Below are positions 25,201 through 36,811 of a stretch of DNA of 64,000 bases, one piece after another. The notes beneath the pieces are model-generated. The model worked only from the letters and a program-made list of their open reading frames with translations, had not been told where the DNA came from and searched no databases. Position numbers and translations under genes: made by a program. The first letter of the stretch is position 1, and each line of letters starts with the position of its first letter. Source of the DNA: Spironucleus salmonicida (lineage: Eukaryota); contig NC_090600.1 of the NCBI RefSeq assembly GCF_000497125.1, positions 682,001 to 746,000 of the forward strand, read 5' to 3'.

Positions 25201-25928
25201 TTTAGAACATGATGGCTTTAAATCGCGTGCTAAGTGGTATCTGGTACCGCCGATAGAACGAGTCGGGCGCACCTGGGTAATACGGGGTATAATTCGATTT
25301 TTCTCCTCGGCCGCTCCCGTAAAATCGGCCGCGGCTAAACGCCTGGCCTCCAGCGCAGTACGACCAGCCATGGAATGCAGCCACGGCGGGCGGCGTCGGA
25401 TGACCACTGTACGTGGGCCGGGGGGCGCGGCCCGAAGAACTGCACAGGAGCGCTAGGCGTGCCGCGGATATGCCGACAGCAGGTCTGGCGAGCGTCGCAT
25501 TCCGGCGCGGGTCTCGGGCTGCCCCTACCCTGATGGGCACTGGGGCACGCACCGCGCTGGTGGGACTGCCGGATCCGACTCGCAGCGCGGTGCCTCGTGC
25601 CAGACCCGGGGCTGCGAGCCCAGCACTTTTCAGCGGGGACGCCCGGGCCAGCCGCGGCATCCTGGTACACTGCGACCCCATGGCACCGCGCACCCTGACC
25701 CCGCGGGTGCTGGGGCATGCTCCCGCCACTCCCATTTTTAGAATGGAGCCGAATGGGGCCTATGGCGCCGGACCAGCGCGGCAGGTGACGCCATGATGCC
25801 GAGGAGCACTGTCTGGCGGGCTGCTGTCATGGTTCCCTGGCGACCGGCCTCCCCAGCCCCGCTCCGGGAATGCAGCACCCGGCGAAACGGCGATGGGGGC
25901 TGCACAATGCCGGCAGTGACCAGATTCC

Positions 25929-26393
25929 TCACTTTCCAAGCAGCTTGAGCGAGCGGAGCCGCGTGCGCACCTGGCAGTCGGTACGGCCTAGCACCGCCCC
26001 GATCTTCGCAAATGCATGGGGGTGGGCCGTGAACAGCCGCCCGAGCGCCTCGTCCTCCTCCGGCGTGAAGGGCGCTGTGTTCCGCCGCAGGACCCTCCGG
26101 TAGCGCTGGGACAGCCTGAGCGCCGAGAACGAGGCCCTGGGGAACAGCGCCTCCATCTCGTTGCAGATCCCCTCCCAGGTCCCCCGCTTCTGGCGCCCGA
26201 GGCGGAGCAGCGCCTGGTCGTGGTCCTGCTGGTCCTGCCCCGGAAGGTCCCACGGCGCGCTCACGAGCTGGGGGTCCACGGCCAGCTGCGAGTCGTCCCC
26301 GTCTGGTCTAGGGGCCCATCCCAGATCGCGCATGCGGACTGTCGGGCCGACGAGCTGCGGGGGTCTGGACGGCAGTTTCCGAGCGCCGGACAT
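25929..26393 (-). CDS. Myb-like protein, array copy 14
   Basis: Protein identical to copy 1. Confidence 0.85.
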   Translation of the reverse strand: MSGARKLPSRPPQLVGPTVRMRDLGWAPRPDGDDSQLAVDPQLVSAPWDLPGQDQQDHDQALLRLGRQKRGTWEGICNEMEALFPRASFSALRLSQRYRRVLRRNTAPFTPEEDEALGRLFTAHPHAFAKIGAVLGRTDCQVRTRLRSLKLLGK

Positions 26394-27121
26394 TTTAGAA
26401 CATGATGGCTTTAAATCGCGTGCTAAGTGGTATCTGGTACCGCCGATAGAACGAGTCGGGCGCACCTGGGTAATACGGGGTATAATTCGATTTTTCTCCT
26501 CGGCCGCTCCCGTAAAATCGGCCGCGGCTAAACGCCTGGCCTCCAGCGCAGTACGACCAGCCATGGAATGCAGCCACGGCGGGCGGCGTCGGATGACCAC
26601 TGTACGTGGGCCGGGGGGCGCGGCCCGAAGAACTGCACAGGAGCGCTAGGCGTGCCGCGGATATGCCGACAGCAGGTCTGGCGAGCGTCGCATTCCGGCG
26701 CGGGTCTCGGGCTGCCCCTACCCTGATGGGCACTGGGGCACGCACCGCGCTGGTGGGACTGCCGGATCCGACTCGCAGCGCGGTGCCTCGTGCCAGACCC
26801 GGGGCTGCGAGCCCAGCACTTTTCAGCGGGGACGCCCGGGCCAGCCGCGGCATCCTGGTACACTGCGACCCCATGGCACCGCGCACCCTGACCCCGCGGG
26901 TGCTGGGGCATGCTCCCGCCACTCCCATTTTTAGAATGGAGCCGAATGGGGCCTATGGCGCCGGACCAGCGCGGCAGGTGACGCCATGATGCCGAGGAGC
27001 ACTGTCTGGCGGGCTGCTGTCATGGTTCCCTGGCGACCGGCCTCCCCAGCCCCGCTCCGGGAATGCAGCACCCGGCGAAACGGCGATGGGGGCTGCACAA
27101 TGCCGGCAGTGACCAGATTCC

Positions 27122-27586
27122 TCACTTTCCAAGCAGCTTGAGCGAGCGGAGCCGCGTGCGCACCTGGCAGTCGGTACGGCCTAGCACCGCCCCGATCTTC
27201 GCAAATGCATGGGGGTGGGCCGTGAACAGCCGCCCGAGCGCCTCGTCCTCCTCCGGCGTGAAGGGCGCTGTGTTCCGCCGCAGGACCCTCCGGTAGCGCT
27301 GGGACAGCCTGAGCGCCGAGAACGAGGCCCTGGGGAACAGCGCCTCCATCTCGTTGCAGATCCCCTCCCAGGTCCCCCGCTTCTGGCGCCCGAGGCGGAG
27401 CAGCGCCTGGTCGTGGTCCTGCTGGTCCTGCCCCGGAAGGTCCCACGGCGCGCTCACGAGCTGGGGGTCCACGGCCAGCTGCGAGTCGTCCCCGTCTGGT
27501 CTAGGGGCCCATCCCAGATCGCGCATGCGGACTGTCGGGCCGACGAGCTGCGGGGGTCTGGACGGCAGTTTCCGAGCGCCGGACAT
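27122..27586 (-). CDS. Myb-like protein, array copy 15
   Basis: Protein identical to copy 1. Confidence 0.85.
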   Translation of the reverse strand: MSGARKLPSRPPQLVGPTVRMRDLGWAPRPDGDDSQLAVDPQLVSAPWDLPGQDQQDHDQALLRLGRQKRGTWEGICNEMEALFPRASFSALRLSQRYRRVLRRNTAPFTPEEDEALGRLFTAHPHAFAKIGAVLGRTDCQVRTRLRSLKLLGK

Positions 27587-28314
27587 TTTAGAACATGATG
27601 GCTTTAAATCGCGTGCTAAGTGGTATCTGGTACCGCCGATAGAACGAGTCGGGCGCACCTGGGTAATACGGGGTATAATTCGATTTTTCTCCTCGGCCGC
27701 TCCCGTAAAATCGGCCGCGGCTAAACGCCTGGCCTCCAGCGCAGTACGACCAGCCATGGAATGCAGCCACGGCGGGCGGCGTCGGATGACCACTGTACGT
27801 GGGCCGGGGGGCGCGGCCCGAAGAACTGCACAGGAGCGCTAGGCGTGCCGCGGATATGCCGACAGCAGGTCTGGCGAGCGTCGCATTCCGGCGCGGGTCT
27901 CGGGCTGCCCCTACCCTGATGGGCACTGGGGCACGCACCGCGCTGGTGGGACTGCCGGATCCGACTCGCAGCGCGGTGCCTCGTGCCAGACCCGGGGCTG
28001 CGAGCCCAGCACTTTTCAGCGGGGACGCCCGGGCCAGCCGCGGCATCCTGGTACACTGCGACCCCATGGCACCGCGCACCCTGACCCCGCGGGTGCTGGG
28101 GCATGCTCCCGCCACTCCCATTTTTAGAATGGAGCCGAATGGGGCCTATGGCGCCGGACCAGCGCGGCAGGTGACGCCATGATGCCGAGGAGCACTGTCT
28201 GGCGGGCTGCTGTCATGGTTCCCTGGCGACCGGCCTCCCCAGCCCCGCTCCGGGAATGCAGCACCCGGCGAAACGGCGATGGGGGCTGCACAATGCCGGC
28301 AGTGACCAGATTCC

Positions 28315-28779
28315 TCACTTTCCAAGCAGCTTGAGCGAGCGGAGCCGCGTGCGCACCTGGCAGTCGGTACGGCCTAGCACCGCCCCGATCTTCGCAAATG
28401 CATGGGGGTGGGCCGTGAACAGCCGCCCGAGCGCCTCGTCCTCCTCCGGCGTGAAGGGCGCTGTGTTCCGCCGCAGGACCCTCCGGTAGCGCTGGGACAG
28501 CCTGAGCGCCGAGAACGAGGCCCTGGGGAACAGCGCCTCCATCTCGTTGCAGATCCCCTCCCAGGTCCCCCGCTTCTGGCGCCCGAGGCGGAGCAGCGCC
28601 TGGTCGTGGTCCTGCTGGTCCTGCCCCGGAAGGTCCCACGGCGCGCTCACGAGCTGGGGGTCCACGGCCAGCTGCGAGTCGTCCCCGTCTGGTCTAGGGG
28701 CCCATCCCAGATCGCGCATGCGGACTGTCGGGCCGACGAGCTGCGGGGGTCTGGACGGCAGTTTCCGAGCGCCGGACAT
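28315..28779 (-). CDS. Myb-like protein, array copy 16
   Basis: Protein identical to copy 1 from MSGARK. Only 73 bp of the unit are present upstream of this ATG. Confidence 0.85.
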   Translation of the reverse strand: MSGARKLPSRPPQLVGPTVRMRDLGWAPRPDGDDSQLAVDPQLVSAPWDLPGQDQQDHDQALLRLGRQKRGTWEGICNEMEALFPRASFSALRLSQRYRRVLRRNTAPFTPEEDEALGRLFTAHPHAFAKIGAVLGRTDCQVRTRLRSLKLLGK

Positions 28780-29597
28780 TTTAGAACATGATGGCTTTAA
28801 ATCGCGTGCTAAGTGGTATCTGGTACCGCCGATAGAACGAGTCGGGCGCACCGGTGAACCAGTCACTGGCAGCGTCAGGGGACTTGGGTAGCAGTGCATT
28901 AGAAACTCTGCGCAACGAACAGTACCATAGTAAATCCGCGACAGGTGCACGCGCCTCGCCCTATAGTGTAGTTCCCGGCTGAGGTGGGTTTGGTAAGTGC
29001 TAAGACTGCGGCCAAGAGCGCCTGTTGCGACCGCTCCGTTTCACGCAAATGGCCAAGTTTTACATGGTATCACGTTGCCTAAAATCCTAAGATTTGCTCG
29101 GGGCAATCATGAAGGACCAGTAGGCCTCGCATAGCTCGCATATCTCGTGCATACGCAGGGCTCCTATAGCAGCATCCGATACCGTTCCCTGCACAAAATT
29201 GAGGGGACAAGGTGCCGTGCGCCATGCAGTCTCGTCTGGTGTCTTTGAGGCCAAGTTTGCCATCAACTGCCCAGTTAGCACCCTCGCCCGTGCGAACTTG
29301 GCCAAAGCAGGAGCGGCGCAAGGCTGAAACATTAACGACTTGGGCGGAGCGGGCGATTGGGATGCGCGAGATACTGGTTTTTCGCGGAGCACGGCTAGGC
29401 CTAGCCATGGGGGTGCAGTTGGGTGCATTGACATTTGCGAAGCTTGGTTTTTCTAAGCTGGTGCATACCTTATGTTTCGTGAATAGTACCCTGGACCGCG
29501 TCGCTGCGATATTTCACAACGTGCACCTAAATAATACTTTTTAATGGAACAATTATACTCATTATTATACCATATTAGCACAAAAACTATTTGCTAA

Positions 29598-31169
29598 ATG
29601 CTGCTCACGCTTCTGGACTGCTCCCTTCGCAACAACACCCTGTCAGGAATTGGACAGACGAACGACCTGTAGCTCATAATATATCCAGAGGCATGCGATG
29701 AGCTGGACAAGCTCAATGTGGCCATTTCCCTGCAGCTAGGCCCGTCGACCACTCTCGCACCGCAGGACGTGGTGTTCCACAAGGACGAGCTGGTATTCAC
29801 TAAAAGGGTCGACCCCGCCATTTTTGCAACGGCGCTTTCGCAGACGATGGGCCAGTTCTCGGTGACGATGCAGTCGGGCGAGGTGCTACAAAGCTCCTTC
29901 ACCAAAATCCAGTTCACGAACCAGAACCTCACAAACTGCTGGGAGTCGGTGTCGCTGGGCTACTCTGCCGATCTCGGCAACATCGGGTTCGCCATAATCG
30001 TCGTTCCGGCCACCTGCCAATTCGCCAAGCAGGTCCAGGCCACCTTGATGTACCAAAACATATCCGGCGTTTGGAACTCGATAACCATCAAGTCCGGGGG
30101 CAACTACGACTCGGAGGACTACAACCACCTGGCCACGACATAGTTCGAGAGGCCCTGCGTGGGGGTTTTCACGGAAGAGGAGGTGCAGGCATGCAACAAG
30201 TTCATAGAGGACTTTCGGGAGTTCCGGACCATGCCTATGAAGCTGGTGATCAACTACGTGGTCAGCGATATTCAGGTATCAGTGCAGGGCGGGGTGCAGA
30301 ACTACTACACGCCTAGGTACCAAAGCTGCATGGAAAAGCTAGGGATCACAGTTTTTGTCACGTAGCAGGCGGCCATCACTAGCTTCCTGGCAGATGAGTT
30401 CAAGTTGTGTGGTTTCGGGCTCGATGACGTGATTCTCACCATGGAGATCAACCTCGTTTCGGGGAACTTTTCGTACGGGCAGAAGAAAAACTTCACAGTG
30501 GCAGAGACGCTGTATTTTCCGCAAGCCTCGTTTTATTTCGACCAGGATATCCTGGAGGAGATGTTTGCCGCAAAAGACCCGTTCATAGCGCATTATTTCC
30601 TGTCGTTGTTTGATCATTCCTCCCAGCTGCAACAAGAGGCGAGTTTTTCTCTTAACTCCACGGTCTCTTGCTTCAACTACATAAATTTCACCGTGAGCTC
30701 GAAGTAGGTCTGTGCTAAGGTGAAGTTCAACTTCCTGATGACGTCGTGTACCTTTTCCGCTACTGTCCCTGTTGAATTTAAAGGCATGTGGGTGCAAGAA
30801 AAAGTCTAGCCGTTCCTCGGTACACTTTTGCCAGTGTTTACGATGCGGAAGAACCTGGAGATTAACTATAGCCTAGTGCAGTAGGACTTGTGCATGAGCT
30901 GCGGCGATGCTTTTAGTGGGGGAGACTGCTCTGCGGTGCTGTCCAAGTATGCAAAGTTCTACGTCAGCAATCCAGACTACGTGCTCATAGGCATGGAGAG
31001 CCTGCAGGGCCAGCGCACAGACTTTAAGTAATTCGCAGTTAGCTTTTCTACAGATATTTACCTAGTTGTTATAGTCTCACTTCAGGTGGTCATCGCAGTC
31101 GTATTTTTCATCTCCTTCGGGGGTCTCATGGTGTACATTAAGATCCAGGAGAATAAGAGGATGTTGTGA
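29598..31169 (+). CDS. Hypothetical type-I membrane protein, 523 aa
   Basis: Track fragments 29718, 30159 and 30405 share one frame and join through TAG codons. C-terminal TM IYLVVIVSLQVVIAVVFFISFGGLMVYI with a short tail. Ends at TGA. Confidence 0.85.
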
Positions 31170-31717
31170 GCAAAGTAGTCACTTCGTTACTAGTATTGTG
31201 TGATGGATGCCAGAATCGCTAGCGGCTTGAGGTTGGCACCGTGAGAAACCATCATGCCCGAAGTAAAAATACTAGCATATAGAGCAAAGAAGGCTAGATG
31301 AACTATTAATACCATCAATATAATGCTAGGCAAAAGTTGGTATGATAGTCTCACACGATGTCGAGGTTAACTTGGTGCAGCCGATCTTCCACTAGTTGGA
31401 AGGCTTGATCACAAGATGTCCAAGTTTGGCATACCAAGTTTATTATTTTAGATTTGAAATATATTAGCAATAATGGGTAAATACGTCTTCCAACTCTGGT
31501 TATCAAGAATTTTGAAACAGAGTAGTCTCAATTTCTGAATTCTTAACATATGGAATTGAAAGATTATATATTTAGTTAGACGTATGCGTTTAGAGTAGAG
31601 GTAAGGCTTGTATTGCCAAGTTGTGGTTAGTTTTACCCTAAGAATAACAACTATGATAACTGGGTGATATTTTATATCATAGAGACTATTATGTGAAGTA
31701 AATATAGAGCAAGGGAC

Positions 31718-32407
31718 TCACTGTCTAACGTAGACGCCGCAGTCGGGGACGATGACGCTGGGAGGGCAGTTGGTGTCGGGGATGACGCAGTCATCGCAGT
31801 TCTCGAGGCCGCACTTGAAGATGAAGTTGGGTCTGGTGGCGAGGCCGGACTCGCAGCTGAGGTCGGCGTTGCATTGAACGTGAACCTCGATGAGGAACTT
31901 GAGGGCGACGAAGCCGGTGGGGATGGTGCCGGTAAGCTGGTTGCAGGCTAAGTGGAGCTCCTTGAGGAAGAGCAGGTTGCCCATGCAAGTAGGGATGGCG
32001 CCGGTGATGTCGTTGTCGCTCATGTAGACGAACTGGACAAAGGCCAGGTTGCAGATGCACTGTGGGATAGCACCAGTGATGCCGGCATTGTCGGCCTGGA
32101 GGTACTGGAGGCTTCTGAGAGTACAGAATGAGGCGGGGATGGCAGTATTCATCTTCTGGTCGTTCATGTACAGGGACTTCAGGACTGGGAAGGAATCAAA
32201 AACATCGGCGAGCTGGCCCGTGAGCCCGAAGCCGCTAAGGTCGAGCCCCACGATGTAGCCCTGGGAATTGCAGGTCACGCCGGCCCAGGCGCACACAGAG
32301 GCGCCGGTGTTCCAGCCGACGGAGCCTTTCCAGCTCGCGCCGCCGTTGGCCGCGTATATAGCTTCGAGCGCTTGGCGCTGCGTGAGGACTGCCAGGATGG
32401 AAATCAT
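31718..32407 (-). CDS. CWP: Cyst wall protein (LRR plus Cys-rich C-terminus), 229 aa
   Basis: Short hydrophobic N-terminus, then QRQALEAIYAANGGASW..C.W.GVTC..LDLS.FGLTG, tandem LRRs (LQYLQ..AGITG.IP.C.C.L; FLKELHL.CNQL.G.IP) and a Cys-rich tail. Closely resembles Giardia CWP1/2. Confidence 0.95.
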   Translation of the reverse strand: MISILAVLTQRQALEAIYAANGGASWKGSVGWNTGASVCAWAGVTCNSQGYIVGLDLSGFGLTGQLADVFDSFPVLKSLYMNDQKMNTAIPASFCTLRSLQYLQADNAGITGAIPQCICNLAFVQFVYMSDNDITGAIPTCMGNLLFLKELHLACNQLTGTIPTGFVALKFLIEVHVQCNADLSCESGLATRPNFIFKCGLENCDDCVIPDTNCPPSVIVPDCGVYVRQ

Positions 32408-34041
32408 TGAGGGAAGGGAATCCGAGTAGGGGCGCGTAGGGTCGAGGTTCGCAGAGGGACGCGGCTTTTATGTATTGTAGTATCGGTGATGGCGACGCCC
32501 TCTGCCCATGTGCCTATGAATTGCATGCACGCCACCGCCTCGCTGAGTAGGAAAGAGATGGGCCGGTGCGAAGCATGGAGAATAGAAGATTTAGGCTGCG
32601 CATAATAAGATTAGAGGTCAGACAACAGCCTTAAGCTAAGCCACCGGCCATAGAAGAATTGCGAACGGGTTTGTTCATTGGAGTTTGCATTAAATCTCAT
32701 TTTGTAACCCATCCTAGTAGAACTTTACTCTCCGGAGTGCTCTCACCATCAATGACGGTACTGTTAGTCGGATATCACACTGCCGGTGCAACTACTAGAT
32801 GCCCGTAATCCGATCCAAACATTTATGTGCCGCCCTCAGCACTACACGTTAATTTTTAAAAGTTCCCATTCGCTCTGTAGGTTTCCTTTTTAGAGGTAGA
32901 GACTTTAAAGGCCACAGACCGTCCACCCCACTCGAAGTTACTCTATGAATATATACGGGCCAAACTGTTTGACGAGAACTATACGACCTTAAGCGGATTA
33001 TTTTCGCATTTGTAGGTGCCTCTAAAGCAAAACCGTGAACCTATCCTAGAGAAATTGCTGCGAATCAGTCGCTGTGTCTAGTTGGTTAGAAGAAGATGCT
33101 CATTGTAGTGCATCGGGCCAGTATATATTGGCAGTTACTCGGCATTCTAAACTTCACTGCTAGTCGTTCATATCTAGGTTTCCGGTGATTTAGTAAGAGC
33201 TAGGACATCTGCCAATTGATAATTTACATTCTTGCGCACTGTTTATTAGTGCCGGCTGTACTAAATTTTATTATAGAAATACAATATATGGATGTACGTA
33301 TTTTACTTTTAAAAGCGGGTTAGTTTTTCTAGTAAATGCTGAAATTAAGTTAATTTAAGCGCTTACTCCCTGTATGCCACTTGCACTACTCGCAACTGCT
33401 CTGGATACAAAATGTAAGTCTGAAGCATTAGAAGATATCTGCGCGCTAATATGAGTTATTTGCGGACAATTCAATTTAAATTTGTCTCTTTAACTTTTAT
33501 CCAAATTGTGCTGGAAATAAAAATTTAAAAATAGATCCTAGACCTCCGGCAGTTTCCTTGACACATGCCAACAGTAAAATACACTGATTGCTAGGTCTGT
33601 GCTATTAGCATATTCATATTAAGACAAGTACGTGTACTACTTCGTAGGCTATATACTGTCTAGCCTATGAATATAATGTAAAGGAGATAGGAAAACCAGT
33701 AGTAGACATTAGAGTACGTCAGGTTATCCACTTTTGATGTTGAAATAACACGGGTGGCGTATTCTTTGAATATTATACAATTCTTAAGATAACACCTATT
33801 ATTGAAGGATGTGTAAAAAGTCATTTTTACTAGAAAAACAAACTAAATCTTGAATAAGGTTTGACAACCTATACGAAAAATTACCTAATATCTTCGACGA
33901 AAGTATTAATAGGCAATGCAGATTTGAAATAGAAGATGGTATCGTCCATAAACTTAGGAGGTGATGGATCCTTTAATATAAAATAGAAGGAGTAAACTAA
34001 CTATAAGATAATGTAATAAAATTATTAATATTATAATCTGA

Positions 34042-34536
34042 TCATTTGTGCCCTGGTAATATTACTCTTTTTCGAGTTTTTGATACTGTTGCAAACTCCT
34101 TTGCTGAGAATCGACGTGGTATCTAATCAAACAGAATAGAATCCGATTCAGAAGCAGGATCCATAACACCAATTGTATTATGGACGGTAAAAATCTTTCT
34201 CCACTTGGCTACTTCTATTCTTTGCTGTTCCTACTTTCGTTCTAAGGCTTTCAACCGTGAGATGGCAACCATATCTTCGTGACCAAATTCCTTGGGAATA
34301 TCCATCGAGATATGGTTTAATCGCTTAGCAGGACGGATCTTAAGCATAAATCCTAATGTTTGAAGTCCGTTTTGTTTTAATAGGCGTTCTGGATCATCCA
34401 TATCGAAGAAGCCAAATAATGAAGACGAGAGCTTTGTATTAATACAAAAATTTGATATAACTCCGTATTTAGAAAAGAACTGAGTAAGAAGTTCTTCATT
34501 AATCTATGCTGGAACACCTCCGAAGTAGAGTCTCAT
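34042..34536 (-). CDS. RRM-domain protein, 164 aa (mirror of 36317..36811)
   Basis: Reverse-complement copy in the left arm of IR2. Confidence 0.8.
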
Positions 34537-34551
34537 TCGAAGTGGTAAAAG

Positions 34552-34625
34552 TAGCTGCAGTGAGGATTGAACTCACGACCCCTAGCTTATGAGACTAATG
34601 CTCTAACCGACTGAGCTATGCAGCC
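34552..34625 (-). tRNA. trnM: tRNA-Met(CAT), elongator type
   Basis: Mirror of 36228..36301. Confidence 0.93.
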
Positions 34626-34858
34626 ATATCTTAACATTATAAATAATTACATATATGTGTGGTCGGATTCAGTAAAATTTAGTTGTCATATAATTACTCC
34701 ACTAATTAATAAAAATATAAGATACGAGCAGACTAGAAATATCTCATGATAGAACAGTTGCTATATCTGTCATTAAAACTACAATACTAGGTAGATAAAG
34801 CTGACTAGTTTTTTAAATCTACTTTATTGTAATACCCAAAATAAATTAAATCATCATA

Positions 34859-35827
34859 TCACTATTATGGAGGAGGCATCATAGTGGGAACCATCATCAT
34901 TGGCACCTGAGTACCATTAGGCATCTGCATCATAAAAACTTACTACATATTAGGCATTGGCATCATTTAGGGATACATTCCTTACATCATACCAGGCATC
35001 ATTTAAGGCATTCCTGGCATCATTTACGGCATAGGTGGCATCATACCAGGCATCATTTAAGGCATTCCTGGCATCATTTAAGGCATAGGTGGCATCATAC
35101 CTGGTATCATTGGAGGCATAGCTTACTGGTTGAAACACATTGCTGGTTCAGGAATTTATACTTATGGTTAAGGTGCAATAACTTCAGGATCTTCAATTTA
35201 AACTTTAACTTAAATATGTTCGTGCTGTTCTTTCTTAACTGTACTTTTTTTGGTTGGCTCGGCTTTTTCTAAAGTTGGTTCTGTTATTTCAGATTTTTCA
35301 GCATTCCTCTAAGCTTTCTTTTATACTTACTTAGCTTTTTTCTCTGCAGCTTTAATCTTCTTCATTTCCTCAACAGCAATTCTATTTTAACGTTCCTCTT
35401 CTGTTTCAACATATTCTACATCAGGTTTAATTATACCACTTACTTTCTATTCAGGAACAATCTCGATGATATCGTTATAAGTTTCTAAGCCTTCTTTGAT
35501 TTCATCTTTAATTAAAAGTCCAGAATTAAATGTTAAAACTACTTGATTAGATTTACGTTATTTGTGTCCTCCAAATCTAGCATTTGTAGCAGTCTTCCAG
35601 GGTTTAAACTCACCATCTATCATATGATCTGCTGTTTTATCAATATCATAATCATATTATTACAAAGCAGTTACACAATCATCAAAACTAAATTTCAAAG
35701 ACATTTATTTAAGAATTAAATGTAAGGAGTTTACAGATTCCTATTACATTTCAGAAAGCTAATAGCGTTTTGGAGCTGCAGGCTTCTTATCATTATTAGG
35801 ATGAGTTTTAACATATGACTTAGGCAT
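34859..35827 (-). CDS. UBA/CUE-like N-terminal domain protein with a charged middle and an M/P/Q/G-rich tail (UBAP2/Def1-like layout), 322 aa
   Basis: Code-6 ORF MPKSYVKTHP..FSFDDCVTALQQYDYDIDKTADHMIDGEFKPWKTA..(GMMPPMPQMMPGMPQMMP)x2..PPPQQ*. Ends TAA TAG TGA. Confidence 0.8.
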
Positions 35828-36227
35828 ACACAAAGTGGAATGGGGGAAAGGAAATTTAATTTACATAATTAATAATATAATCAATATAATAATATATAAT
35901 GTAAAACTAATTTTTTTAGTACTTCTTCTTGTCTAATGGTACTCAGGTGCCAATGATGATGGTTCCCACTATGATGCCTCCTCCATAATAGTGATATGAT
36001 GATTTAATTTATTTTGGGTATTACAATAAAGTAGATTTAAAAAACTAGTCAGCTTTATCTACCTAGTATTGTAGTTTTAATGACAGATATAGCAACTGTT
36101 CTATCATGAGATATTTCTAGTCTGCTCGTATCTTATATTTTTATTAATTAGTGGAGTAATTATATGACAACTAAATTTTACTGAATCCGACCACACATAT
36201 ATGTAATTATTTATAATGTTAAGATAT

Positions 36228-36301
36228 GGCTGCATAGCTCAGTCGGTTAGAGCATTAGTCTCATAAGCTAGGGGTCGTGAGTTCAATCCTCACTGCAGCT
36301 A
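36228..36301 (+). tRNA. trnM: tRNA-Met(CAT), elongator type
   Basis: Cloverleaf: acceptor GGCTGCA/TGCAGCT, D stem GCTC/GAGC, anticodon loop CT-CAT-AA, T stem GTGAG-TTCAATC-CTCAC, followed by TTTT. Lacks initiator hallmarks (A1-U72, three G-C pairs in the anticodon stem). Confidence 0.93.
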
Positions 36302-36316
36302 CTTTTACCACTTCGA

Positions 36317-36811
36317 ATGAGACTCTACTTCGGAGGTGTTCCAGCATAGATTAATGAAGAACTTCTTACTCAGTTCTTTTCTAAATACGGAGTTATATCA
36401 AATTTTTGTATTAATACAAAGCTCTCGTCTTCATTATTTGGCTTCTTCGATATGGATGATCCAGAACGCCTATTAAAACAAAACGGACTTCAAACATTAG
36501 GATTTATGCTTAAGATCCGTCCTGCTAAGCGATTAAACCATATCTCGATGGATATTCCCAAGGAATTTGGTCACGAAGATATGGTTGCCATCTCACGGTT
36601 GAAAGCCTTAGAACGAAAGTAGGAACAGCAAAGAATAGAAGTAGCCAAGTGGAGAAAGATTTTTACCGTCCATAATACAATTGGTGTTATGGATCCTGCT
36701 TCTGAATCGGATTCTATTCTGTTTGATTAGATACCACGTCGATTCTCAGCAAAGGAGTTTGCAACAGTATCAAAAACTCGAAAAAGAGTAATATTACCAG
36801 GGCACAAATGA
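36317..36811 (+). CDS. RRM-domain protein, 164 aa
   Basis: MRLYFGGVPAQINEELLTQFFSKYGVISNFCINTKLSSSLFGFFDM contains RNP2-like LYFGGV and RNP1-like LFGFFDM. Open to TGA in code 6. Confidence 0.8.

Larger units (their letters stand above)
10347..28852. repeat. Tandem array of a 1193-bp GC-rich unit, about 15.5 units, carrying 16 Myb gene copies
   Basis: Sequence and ORF track repeat with period 1193 (1192 across copy 8). Identity starts at agccccgctcc (10347) and ends at gggcgcacc (28852). Confidence 0.98.
28779..34920. repeat. Left arm of inverted repeat 2 (6142 bp)
   Basis: Position n pairs with 70853-n (e.g. CWP 31718..32407 vs 38446..39135). Limits are 28779/42074 and 34920/35933. Confidence 0.97.

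Noticed and set aside
10347-28852. Array as CRISPR, rDNA or a transposon concatemer
   Set aside because: No variable spacers, no rRNA motifs, and no transposase/RT ORF or TSD seen.
10269-28950. The many other overlapping 77-177 aa ORFs in each array unit
   Set aside because: They are G/A/R/P-rich shadow frames expected in very GC-rich DNA, with no domain motifs. Many end at TAA/TAG, which are not stops here.
34950-35138. 62-aa repetitive ORF (NDARNALNDAWYD)
   Set aside because: It is an alternative frame of the MPQG-rich tail of the 322-aa gene.
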